Assembly (NCBI GenBank): GCA_030649895.1
Contig: JAUSEX010000026.1
Location: 16,823 to 80,822 of the forward strand
Source: Candidatus Omnitrophota bacterium
GTDB lineage: Bacteria; Omnitrophota; Gorgyraeia; Gorgyraeales; Gorgyraeaceae
Direction: 5' to 3'
DNA: 64,000 nucleotides
The stretch's first letter is position 1. Each line of letters opens with the position of its first letter. This document shows positions 9,447 through 18,999 of the stretch, in pieces. The translations under genes and the position numbers were made by a program. The notes beneath the pieces are model-generated. The model made no database searches. It was given only the letters and a program-made list of their open reading frames with translations, and had not been told where the DNA came from.

Positions 9447-10775
9447 CTATCCCAGCGCTTCCATGCCCCTGCGGCAAATCTCCTTTGCGTAATCTGTCCA
9501 TGCGCCTGTGCCCCAGTATCGGAAGCAGCTGGTCTGGGATAATAATAGATAAAGAAGCGCCTTTCTGTAGGGAACAGTTTGAAGCCGCCCTCTAACTATT
9601 TCATTGTCAAATTTTTTATGAAATGCCGCGCTAAGCCGGGTTATAGGATCCATTATATCTTTATATCCGCTCACCCAATCTTTATCATTTGTCCAGGACG
9701 CCTTTTCCAGGCTAAAGCCAGGATATTTTTGTTTTGCTTTCTCAATAGCCATGTCAGCTGCGCCAGGAGAATATCCTTTTATGAATTCCCAGATCCTAGC
9801 CTGAGAAATCGGTTGCACCGGCATAAAAGAATTTTCTTTAAGGCCTGAGTTTTTTACAAATTCAAGATATTCTGTAGCGTTCATGCTGACTACGCCTTCC
9901 CTGCCTATTTCCTGAAAAACTATTTTATACATATTCGGAAACTCGTTCATCATGACTCCGCCGTTTTCCCCATCCCCTATCTGTGCCACAAAAGGCGGCA
10001 GATCTACCCCGCAATATTTTTCATTGCCAAGGCCTTTAGCTTCATAATACGGCTGCATCTGCCCGATCAGCTTATTGTCAGAACCCTGGGTTTTTATAAC
10101 GGCTATAATTTCAATCTTTTCCCCTAGAGAATTTTTAGCGACTAATTTGTGCGGAAAATGCGGCCTTCTTACAGGCGTGCCGTCGAGATTCTCTATTGTA
10201 TGCTCCTGGACCATGAGCCATTTATATCCACACTCTTTCAGGGCCTTTATATATTCAAAACACACATCGGGATGTATGGGAAGGTGCATCTCAGGCGCAG
10301 AAAAACCCTTCACCCTCTCAAGCGCTTTCTGACCGAATATTGAGGCAAAATGCTCTCGCCATTCTTGTATATGAAGCCTGATATCCGGGACAGGCGTAGA
10401 GCTGACAACGGCGTGCGACCACATTGTCCCGAGCCATTCAACATAGTTATAATATTTTTTGTCACAGGTCACAAGTTTCAAATTTTCCAGGACCTTTTCT
10501 TCGCCCATGTCTTTAAGGCCCCAGAGAAGGTTTCCCGAATAATCCAGCATAATCCTTGGATCTTTACCTTGACTGGAAAGTTCTCTTATAAAATCAGATA
10601 TCCTGGTATAGCAATTCAAAAATACAGGCGCATTGTGATTATCCCCTGTATTCTGATGCTCCATCATATACTGCAGATTGGAAATTAGCTTTGCCGTCCT
10701 GAGATCCTCGCCGCCTGCAGGAATAATAGGCTGATGCATATGAAGCGCTACGCCAAAACATGATTGTATCTTCAT
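9447..10775 (-). CDS. Glycoside hydrolase family 57 protein (third paralog, unknown specificity)
   Basis: HMHQP, a GFSAPEMHLP nucleophile-like region and GDGENGG. It overlaps the upstream branching enzyme by 4 nt. Confidence 0.7.
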   Translation of the reverse strand: MKIQSCFGVALHMHQPIIPAGGEDLRTAKLISNLQYMMEHQNTGDNHNAPVFLNCYTRISDFIRELSSQGKDPRIMLDYSGNLLWGLKDMGEEKVLENLKLVTCDKKYYNYVEWLGTMWSHAVVSSTPVPDIRLHIQEWREHFASIFGQKALERVKGFSAPEMHLPIHPDVCFEYIKALKECGYKWLMVQEHTIENLDGTPVRRPHFPHKLVAKNSLGEKIEIIAVIKTQGSDNKLIGQMQPYYEAKGLGNEKYCGVDLPPFVAQIGDGENGGVMMNEFPNMYKIVFQEIGREGVVSMNATEYLEFVKNSGLKENSFMPVQPISQARIWEFIKGYSPGAADMAIEKAKQKYPGFSLEKASWTNDKDWVSGYKDIMDPITRLSAAFHKKFDNEIVRGRLQTVPYRKALLYLLLSQTSCFRYWGTGAWTDYAKEICRRGMEALG

Positions 10776-12397
10776 GCCACGCCTTCCTTTATTTTTGCCT
10801 GGATATAGTATTCAGCGCAATCCATGTCAGAAAAAATGTTATCTCTCGATTCGACTTCCCGAAGCCATTCTCCTTCAATAGATCCGGCAAGCATGCCATT
10901 ATAAATATGCGTGAATCTGTTTATATGAAGCTTCACCCTTTTATCGGCATACTCTACCATGGTGCCTGTTTTCATTATAAACGGCCAATCGCTTGCCTGC
11001 GCCAAAAGAAGCTCTCTAGCTGCCTGATTCAGCGCCCGCCTCGCAAGCTCGTTTTTGCCATTATTCATGCAATTAGAAAATTTTCCGGCCAGCTCTTTCA
11101 TCCTCTCGCCTGCGACATGCAAATGCCTGTATATCCAATCATTGCTGCCTTCCAGCCAGACTTCGTTATAACCTTTATAACCCCACGTAGATGTTGACGG
11201 AACAGACATTTGATTTACCGAATATTCCCTCAGGTAATCTGAAGGCGTAGCAAGTTTTACTGTCTTCTGATCATATGCGATTTTACGAATCAGAAAATCT
11301 ATCCACATCGGGCCTTCGAACCACCAGTGGCCGAATAACTCCGCGTCATAAGGAGAAATAATCATGGGCTTTCTGTCCATATGATACGCGACATGCTCTA
11401 TCTGTTTTTCCCGGTTAAACATAAAATTCCCTGCGTGCATAGCTGCCTTTTCCTTTGCCCATTCAGGGACATATGGCTCTTTATGATCGGTATTTCCTGT
11501 AATCCTCCAGTATTTAAGGCCCGTATTTATTCTGAATCCTATCGGATGAATGTAGGGTTTTATATAGTCGTATTCCAATTCATATCCTATATCCCTGTAG
11601 TATTCCCTGTAATCGGAGTCTCCCGGATAACCTTCTTTTGAGCTCCACACCTGTTTGGAAGATTCCCAATCTCTTCCAAATGCTGCAACGCCTGAAGGAC
11701 AGTACAGAGGCGCGTATACGCTATATCTCGGTTCTGGATCCGCATTTACAATACCATGCGAATCTACAAAGAAATATTTAATGCCTGCTTCTGCCAAAAA
11801 ATTATCAACGCCAGGAGTATATCCGCATTCAGGCAGCCAGAACCCTACGGGGTCTCTGCCAAATGTTTTTCTGTAATGATCCACTCCAATCTTTACCTGA
11901 GCCTCTGCGTCTGTAGGATTTACGCTTAATATAGGCAAAAATCCATGAGTAGCGCACGAAGCCAGGATCTCTACGAAACCAAGATCCTGGAATTTCTTAA
12001 ACGCAGCCACCAGATCTTTTTTATATTTACCTACAAATACCTCTTTCGCCTCTACAAATTTCCTGTAATACATCAGAGCGAGGCCGTGATATTTAGGGTC
12101 GAAACCCGTGCGCTGGACTTCCTTGTCTGCGAGTTCGATTAATTTATCAATATGCCTTATATATCTATTCTGGAGAAGCTCATCCCGGAGCATTGACGCC
12201 AATGTGGGCGTCAGGGACATTGTTATGCGGAAATCCACATGGTCTTCTACTAATTTTTCAAAAACCTGAATCAGCGGTATATAAGTTTCTGTAATGGCTT
12301 CATAGAGCCAGTTCTCCTCGAGAAAATCTTCCTCTTCAGGATGCCTGACAAATGGCAGGTGCGCGTGCAATACTAAACAAAGATAACCTTTATGCAT
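10772..12397 (-). CDS. GH57-type 1,4-α-glucan branching enzyme
   Basis: LHAHLPFVRH, PYDAELFGHWWFEG and EASDWPF-like motifs are collinear with the Thermus and Thermococcus GH57 branching enzymes. Confidence 0.85.
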   Translation of the reverse strand: MHKGYLCLVLHAHLPFVRHPEEEDFLEENWLYEAITETYIPLIQVFEKLVEDHVDFRITMSLTPTLASMLRDELLQNRYIRHIDKLIELADKEVQRTGFDPKYHGLALMYYRKFVEAKEVFVGKYKKDLVAAFKKFQDLGFVEILASCATHGFLPILSVNPTDAEAQVKIGVDHYRKTFGRDPVGFWLPECGYTPGVDNFLAEAGIKYFFVDSHGIVNADPEPRYSVYAPLYCPSGVAAFGRDWESSKQVWSSKEGYPGDSDYREYYRDIGYELEYDYIKPYIHPIGFRINTGLKYWRITGNTDHKEPYVPEWAKEKAAMHAGNFMFNREKQIEHVAYHMDRKPMIISPYDAELFGHWWFEGPMWIDFLIRKIAYDQKTVKLATPSDYLREYSVNQMSVPSTSTWGYKGYNEVWLEGSNDWIYRHLHVAGERMKELAGKFSNCMNNGKNELARRALNQAARELLLAQASDWPFIMKTGTMVEYADKRVKLHINRFTHIYNGMLAGSIEGEWLREVESRDNIFSDMDCAEYYIQAKIKEGVA

Positions 12398-12405
12398 AGC
12401 TATAT

Positions 12406-12486
12406 AATAGGGACGGTTCTATAAGTAAAGCTAGATATGTCCCTTTAGGGGACATATCTCCGATTGGCTCTAGAACCGTCCCTATT
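12406..12486. repeat. TAGGGAC-arm palindromic element copy 2. Outer 16-bp inverted repeat AATAGGGACGGTTCTA..TAGAACCGTCCCTATT enclosing an inner 11-bp-stem hairpin (AGATATGTCCC-tttag-GGGACATATCT). It overlaps the DUF4912 stop
   Basis: Read from the sequence. It shares the terminal AATAGGGAC with copies 1 and 3. Confidence 0.7.
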
Positions 12487-13723
12487 CTGTTTTTCTTTCT
12501 ACAGTTGTAGAAATTTTTCTTGTCTCTACTTTATCGTGCGAAGTTGCGGTAAAAGGCAATGGGATTTTCGCGTCCGGAAGCGCAAACCTCATGCTGAAAG
12601 TCCCGTCCGGTTTAAGGTCTATTTTTTTATCTCCCAGTTTTACCTCCGCGTCAGGCTCTGTGCGGCCATACACTATAAGCTCTGCGCCTATCTCAAAAAA
12701 GAATTTGCGTTTCTTATCCGGCTGGACAAATTCACTCGCGCCTCCCTGCAAGTTCTCGCTCCCCCCAAGATATGCAAATTCAGATGCCCCGATCATAATC
12801 TTTCTGCCAAATTTCACGTTGTGCAGCCTTTTGAAATAAAGCAGGTCGTGCCATTCTTTTCCTGACATATTGGAATATAAATACCTATATAGCTTCTTTC
12901 TTGAAATCCTGGAAAACATCGCATCTCTTAATAAAGGAGAAAGCCTTGAATAATAAGCCCTCAGGTCCGCCTCGGTAAGATATATCTTTCTTCGTTTAGA
13001 TACAGCCGAGTAACTGAACCTGCCTGCTGCGTCATATTGAACCCCTCGGCTTCGCTCAAAGCAGGCAGCTCCTTCGGTCTTCATAGGCGTAGCCTGTTCG
13101 CTACCTGCCTCCTGAGTCAGGTCCATCCATATCTCTTCAAATCTGCTAGATGTGCCAGATCTAGGGGTATGTACGAAATTAGACCTGGCCATAGGAAAAA
13201 ATCTTCCGGAGTGATGAACTATACCTATCTCTCCCAGATACGAGGCATTATCATTCCACAGACTTATATACCAGTTATTAGAATAGCGGCCCACCTCTAT
13301 GTCAAACCAATGGTTAGCGTTAAACCCGTTAAAATCTTTATATGTGACGTCATACATGCGGACAACAAACCTTGCGCCGTCCAGATTCCCGCCTAATTTG
13401 CGTTTAACGTCCTCTATCGAACTCTCCGCTATTTCCCAGTAAGCGTATATCCAGAAAGGGTCTTTTGCTATTAAAGTAATTCTTGTTGTAGTGTTATACG
13501 AAGGAAGTTCATATTCATTTATTGCCGCAGGCCTAAACGCGCCTTTACGTTCTTGTATTACGCAGGAAGGTTCCTGAACAGTAGCTGCTGGCCTTAAAAC
13601 AACCGGTTGCTTATATTTTATCCTTCTCTTAACAGTCCTGACAGTAGCCTCTCTGCCGTCTCTGTAAACACGCTCTATGGGTTTTCTTTTCTTAAGTTTT
13701 ATTTTTTTACCTGGCATATACAT
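12482..13723 (-). CDS. DUF4912 domain protein with a Lys/Arg-rich N-terminal tail and an uncharacterised C-terminal domain
   Basis: DPFWIYAYWEI and the downstream block match the DUF4912 signature. Its 5' end overlaps the GT4 gene by 17 nt. Confidence 0.65.
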   Translation of the reverse strand: MYMPGKKIKLKKRKPIERVYRDGREATVRTVKRRIKYKQPVVLRPAATVQEPSCVIQERKGAFRPAAINEYELPSYNTTTRITLIAKDPFWIYAYWEIAESSIEDVKRKLGGNLDGARFVVRMYDVTYKDFNGFNANHWFDIEVGRYSNNWYISLWNDNASYLGEIGIVHHSGRFFPMARSNFVHTPRSGTSSRFEEIWMDLTQEAGSEQATPMKTEGAACFERSRGVQYDAAGRFSYSAVSKRRKIYLTEADLRAYYSRLSPLLRDAMFSRISRKKLYRYLYSNMSGKEWHDLLYFKRLHNVKFGRKIMIGASEFAYLGGSENLQGGASEFVQPDKKRKFFFEIGAELIVYGRTEPDAEVKLGDKKIDLKPDGTFSMRFALPDAKIPLPFTATSHDKVETRKISTTVERKTE

Positions 13724-14867
13724 CCATAACCTGGTCAGCTACAATATCCCAGGAAAAAGCGGTCTCAACTGCAATTCTTCCGTTAGCCCCCATCCATCTT
13801 GCGTGGTCAAAATCTGAAAATACCGTGCCTATGCCCCATGCTATTGACTCGGGATTTGCGTATACCTTTAGACCTGTGATATCATGCCATATTATTTCCC
13901 CTGGCCCGCCGTTTGAGGTGGCGACTACAGGTTTTCCTGCGCTCCACGCCTCCAGCAAAACTATGCCGAACGGCTCGTTTCTTGAAGGCATGCACACAAC
14001 ATCCGCAGCTTTATAAATATCAGAGAGCTTCCAGCCATTGCTAAAGCCTATAAACCTTGTAGCGTGATGAACGCCTATCTCTTTTGCCCTGTCTTCCACG
14101 CACCAGCGCATTTCTCCGTCGCCTACAAAAACAAATTTTGCATTATTGTGGTATCTAAGTATGTGAGGCATGGCTTCTATCAAAAGATCCGGGCCTTTTT
14201 GATAAACCATCCTGCCGACAAAAAGCACCATCGGATCTAACGGCCCAATACCATAATAATTCCTGACAGCCGCAGAGTCTATCCACCCGTCAAAATTCTT
14301 GCAATTGACGCCATTATACACTACGTCCACTTTCCAATCAGAGGTATTATACATCCATTGTATTTCTCCCTTGAGAGCCCTAGACACAGCTATCACATGA
14401 TCAGCGCAGTATGTGCCATGCCTTTCATGATCGCGAATCCTAGCAGAATTTCCGTCATTAAAATTATTACCGCACCTGCCGTATTCAGTCGAATGGATTG
14501 TCAGTACAGCTTTGGAGGGACGCACATGCTTTATCCAGACCATTGCGTTTGACGTAAGCCAATCGTGGCTGTGTATCACGTCAAACGGACCCGTAACGCC
14601 CTCTGTACGAAAAAACGTATCCACAAAAGAGCGGCACATGTTATTTATCTCTTCTACGAAATCAGGATTCTTATCAAAGGGGCATCTGTGGTAATGCACT
14701 CCTTGAATGCACTCATACCATGGCTGGTTAGCGCTTCCCATCCGCGTAAAAACATGGACTTCATTACCTTTGCGCTCAAGGGCTGCTGCGAGCTCTGTAA
14801 CGTGCACGCCCACCCCGCCCACGCAAATAGAATGCATAGATTCCCAGGAAAATATCGCTATTCTCAT
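13707..14867 (-). CDS. Glycosyltransferase family 4 (archaeal glycogen-synthase-like or GlgM-like retaining GT)
   Basis: N-terminal GT4 Rossmann domain (RIAIFSWESMHSICVGGVGVHV) and a C-terminal GT1-type domain with the E..G-P motifs. Confidence 0.75.
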   Translation of the reverse strand: MRIAIFSWESMHSICVGGVGVHVTELAAALERKGNEVHVFTRMGSANQPWYECIQGVHYHRCPFDKNPDFVEEINNMCRSFVDTFFRTEGVTGPFDVIHSHDWLTSNAMVWIKHVRPSKAVLTIHSTEYGRCGNNFNDGNSARIRDHERHGTYCADHVIAVSRALKGEIQWMYNTSDWKVDVVYNGVNCKNFDGWIDSAAVRNYYGIGPLDPMVLFVGRMVYQKGPDLLIEAMPHILRYHNNAKFVFVGDGEMRWCVEDRAKEIGVHHATRFIGFSNGWKLSDIYKAADVVCMPSRNEPFGIVLLEAWSAGKPVVATSNGGPGEIIWHDITGLKVYANPESIAWGIGTVFSDFDHARWMGANGRIAVETAFSWDIVADQVMDVYAR

Positions 14868-14880
14868 AAATTATTTCCGC

Positions 14881-15000
14881 GTCAGTTTCGCAATTGCTCC
14901 TCGACTCGCTTCGCTCATTGCCTCCTCCTGTCGCTCACTCGAAGAATACTGTTCGAGCGAAACCACGAAATGGCTGAATCGAGAATTTTCGCGTTATTCC
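14881..15000. repeat. Degenerate tandem or inverted copies of the GTTCGAGCG family-3 repeat, filling the CBM48–GT4 intergenic spacer
   Basis: TGTTCGAGCGAAACCACGAAATGGCTGAATCGAGAATTTT aligns with the copies at 18957 and 35817. The upstream half is an inverted relative. Confidence 0.5.
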
Positions 15001-15005
15001 GCGAT

Positions 15006-15320
15006 TTAAAGTTCTATCACTGAGTTTTCCGAGCCGAAAGTATTTACCACGAAAAGATTGTTTAAGGGGTCTCTCTGCCACTGGCCATCAACTAAATATT
15101 TATACTCGTAACGGCCGGATTTTAGGGTTAAGTCTCTTTTCCAGACTCCATCTTTAGACTTTTTGAGGCTGGCGTTTGATGCGTCCCATGAATTAAAATC
15201 GCCCGCAAGGCGAACATCCTTTGCGTTTGGAGCGCTTATCTTAAAAGCCACCTTTTTTGTTAAATTTTTCTTAACAGCCATTTCCCCCTCCTTTTTTTGG
15301 CACCACGCACCATTCTGCAT
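15006..15320 (-). CDS. Stand-alone CBM48 / AMPK-β-like glycogen-binding domain protein (about 100 aa)
   Basis: VRLAGDFNSWD...W...L.L..G.YEYKYLVDGQWQRDP is the CBM48 signature. The start could instead be the internal Met (MAVKKN). Confidence 0.7.
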   Translation of the reverse strand: MQNGAWCQKKEGEMAVKKNLTKKVAFKISAPNAKDVRLAGDFNSWDASNASLKKSKDGVWKRDLTLKSGRYEYKYLVDGQWQRDPLNNLFVVNTFGSENSVIEL

Positions 15321-15408
15321 TAATTATGTGAGATCAAATGATACCAGATAGGCCTGCTTTTGTAAATAGGCACAAATACCTACTTTAAGTAGCTTTTCTG
15401 CTTATACA

Positions 15409-16059
15409 CTATATAGTGGTTATGCCTTCTTTGAGTGCGTACCTGATGAGGTCTGCGTGGCGATGAATGCCCAATTTCTGCATTATATTGTTTCTATGCG
15501 CTAAAGCGGTTTTTAAAGAAATCTTAAGGTGGGCAGCAACTTCTTTATTTGTATAGCCCTCAGCAACGAGCTGGAGGACCTCTCTTTCCCTGTCAGTAAG
15601 GCTGACTATCTTTTTTCCCTTTATCTTTTGGCCTCTTGAATCAATATAATCCTGTATCACAAAAGTGGATATCCTCTGGCTGAGAAAATATTCATCTTCA
15701 TAAACTACGCGTATAGCCTGGATGATTTCATCAGCCGCGGAATCTTTTAAAACATACCCTCTGATACCTAAACTCAACGCCCTTTCTATAAACGCCCTGT
15801 TGTCATGCATGCTCAATATAATAATTTTATTTTTTGGATTAATCTGCATTATCTGGCTTGAGGCCTCTAAGCCATTCAATATCGGCATTGTTATGTCAAT
15901 TATAAATATATCTGCGGAACTTTTTTTTGCTATATCCACGGCCTCTTTGCCGTTCGATGCCTCTGCGACAACCTTCATATCCTGTTCCTGGAATATCACG
16001 GCGCTCAAACCCTGCCTTACTATCGCATGATCATCTGCCAGAACTATCTCTATAGCCAT
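15409..16059 (-). CDS. Response regulator, NarL/FixJ (LuxR-HTH) family
   Basis: REC domain plus a C-terminal LuxR HTH (LTDREREVLQLVAEGYTNKEVA). Confidence 0.9.
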   Translation of the reverse strand: MAIEIVLADDHAIVRQGLSAVIFQEQDMKVVAEASNGKEAVDIAKKSSADIFIIDITMPILNGLEASSQIMQINPKNKIIILSMHDNRAFIERALSLGIRGYVLKDSAADEIIQAIRVVYEDEYFLSQRISTFVIQDYIDSRGQKIKGKKIVSLTDREREVLQLVAEGYTNKEVAAHLKISLKTALAHRNNIMQKLGIHRHADLIRYALKEGITTI

Positions 16060-16103
16060 AATTTTTTCTCTATCGCCTCCGTTCGCAGAACGAAGGCAGT
16101 AAC

Positions 16104-16781
16104 TTACATTTCTTCGATTATCGGGAAAGTCACATTTATCTTCGTTCCGTTTTTAGGCTTAGACTCCAGTAAAAATTTACCGTTCAATAAATCCACCCGC
16201 TCCCTCATGCCGCGCAAACCAAGCTTATCTATATTCGCGTCTTTGAAAAATGCCCCTGTGTCGAACCCTATGCCATTGTCCTCTATTGTAAGAATTATTT
16301 CCCCTCCCTTAAGCAATAAATCTATCTTTACATTTTTCGCCTTCGCGTGCTTTACAATATTATTAAACGCCTCCTGAATAACCCTGTAAAGAGTTATTGC
16401 CATATCGTCTTTTATGCTAACGCCGGCCAGGTTTTCTCTAAATTTTATATTTAAAGGGTGCGATTTTGTATAATGGGAAAAAAGTTCTCGCAAAACCGAT
16501 GGCAGGCCCAGCATACCTAACTCTGCAGGCCTCAGGTCTATAAAAAGCGTTCTGAATCTTTCCGCTGTATTAGCCAGGATTGTTTTTGCGTCTTTTATTA
16601 TGCTAAGGGCGCTATCAAAATTGCGCTTCGATATTTCTTTTTCAATTATATTCAATGCTGAGCCAAGAGATACCGAAAACTGGCCTATCTCATCATGAAG
16701 ATCCCGCGATATCCTGTGCCTTTCCTCTTCCTGGATAGCGAGTATCTTCTTCGAAAATTCCCTTGCTGCTATATCTTTCAT
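16104..16781 (-). CDS. Cytoplasmic histidine kinase (HisKA_3 + HATPase_c) with no membrane or sensor domain
   Basis: LHDEIGQ H-box and N, G1, G2 boxes. It is 225 aa with no hydrophobic segments. Confidence 0.85.
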   Translation of the reverse strand: MKDIAAREFSKKILAIQEEERHRISRDLHDEIGQFSVSLGSALNIIEKEISKRNFDSALSIIKDAKTILANTAERFRTLFIDLRPAELGMLGLPSVLRELFSHYTKSHPLNIKFRENLAGVSIKDDMAITLYRVIQEAFNNIVKHAKAKNVKIDLLLKGGEIILTIEDNGIGFDTGAFFKDANIDKLGLRGMRERVDLLNGKFLLESKPKNGTKINVTFPIIEEM

Positions 16782-16792
16782 ACAATAAAAAA

Positions 16793-16823
16793 CCGCGCAG
16801 GCTGCCGAAAGCCTCCTGCGCGG
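16793..16823 (-). terminator. Intrinsic terminator after gap: 9-bp GC stem (CCGCGCAGG/CCTGCGCGG) followed on the minus strand by UUUUUUAUUGUA
   Basis: Hairpin plus U-tract read from the sequence. The U-tract overlaps the histidine kinase start codon. Confidence 0.65.
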
Positions 16824-16836
16824 CTGAAGATGGTTA

Positions 16837-17931
<1,095 letters not shown>

Positions 17932-18936
17932 TTACTTTGCCGTGCAAGCTTCTCTCAAGCATTTAGCGGTCAGTTCAGGCGAGGTAGGGTTTATATAAAG
18001 GCCTGAACCCCATTCAAAACCAGCCACATTTGTCAATTTCGGCATTATCTCCAAGTGCCAGTGGAATTCTTCATAAATACCGTCTCTTATGGGCGCTGTG
18101 TGAATTATAAAATTATACGCAGGATCATTGAGCCTCAGCTTAAGCCTCAAAAGAATTTCTCTTAATATGCCCGCCATATCATAAATCGTAGAATCGTCTA
18201 TAAGCTTAAATTCTGGGCTATGCGCCTTAGGCAATATCCATGTCTCAAAAGGAAAGCGGGACACAAAAGGACAAAATGCGATAAAATGTTTATTTTCTAA
18301 AATTATTCTTTCTTTTTCCTGCTGTTCCTGGGATATCATATCGCAAAAAACACATCTCTCCTTGTACTTAAAATAATTCTGAGCGCCCTTAAGTTCTTCC
18401 TTGACCCTTTTCGGGACAATAGGCAGCGCAACAAGCTGGGTATGGGAATGCTCCAGAGACGCGCCCGCAGCTTCTCCGTGATTTTTAAAAAGCAGGATAT
18501 ACCTGAATCTCGTATCGTTTTCCAGGTCCACGCTCCTTGATTTATACTTAGATATCACATTGACTATCTCGTCCTGCGTCAGATCAGCAAGATCCTTATT
18601 GTGGTCTGTGTTTTCAACTATAACTTCATGAGCGCCAATGCCGTTTGACATATCAAACATACCGATAGCGCGATTATCCAGATCTCCCTCTATTTTCAAG
18701 GCGGGAAATTTATTCGATACCACTCTGACTGTCCAGCCAGGCGTGTCAGGCCTTGTTTTAATGTCCCTTACAGCCTCTATTTCCGGCGGAGTCATCTTTT
18801 CGTTCCCCTGGCAAAACGGGCAAGTCCCGCCTTTTTTAGTCTGCGGCTTAATATCAAACTCATCGCATCTCTTTGGATTAGAGACAGCTATCTCTACCCA
18901 TCTTCCCGTTATCGGATCGCGCCTTAATTGAGACAT
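17932..18936 (-). CDS. galT: Galactose-1-phosphate uridylyltransferase-like HIT-family nucleotidyltransferase (intact HxHxQ)
   Basis: CPFCQGNE zinc motif and an intact EHSHTQ active site. The track start at 18948 is a TTG. The ATG at 18936 gives MSQLRRDPITGRW, which parallels the paralog. Confidence 0.85.
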   Translation of the reverse strand: MSQLRRDPITGRWVEIAVSNPKRCDEFDIKPQTKKGGTCPFCQGNEKMTPPEIEAVRDIKTRPDTPGWTVRVVSNKFPALKIEGDLDNRAIGMFDMSNGIGAHEVIVENTDHNKDLADLTQDEIVNVISKYKSRSVDLENDTRFRYILLFKNHGEAAGASLEHSHTQLVALPIVPKRVKEELKGAQNYFKYKERCVFCDMISQEQQEKERIILENKHFIAFCPFVSRFPFETWILPKAHSPEFKLIDDSTIYDMAGILREILLRLKLRLNDPAYNFIIHTAPIRDGIYEEFHWHLEIMPKLTNVAGFEWGSGLYINPTSPELTAKCLREACTAK

Positions 18937-18956
18937 GTGTCCCTTCAATACTAGTT

Positions 18957-18999
18957 AATATTATTCGAGCGAGGCACCAAAAGTGCCGAGTCGAGAACT
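18957..18999. repeat. Family-3 repeat copy A (AATATTATTCGAGCGAGGCACCAAAAGTGCCGAGTCGAGAACT), abutting the galT paralog stop
   Basis: About 90% identical to the copy at 35817-35859. As RNA it contains a GGCAC/GUGCC hairpin. Confidence 0.65.
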
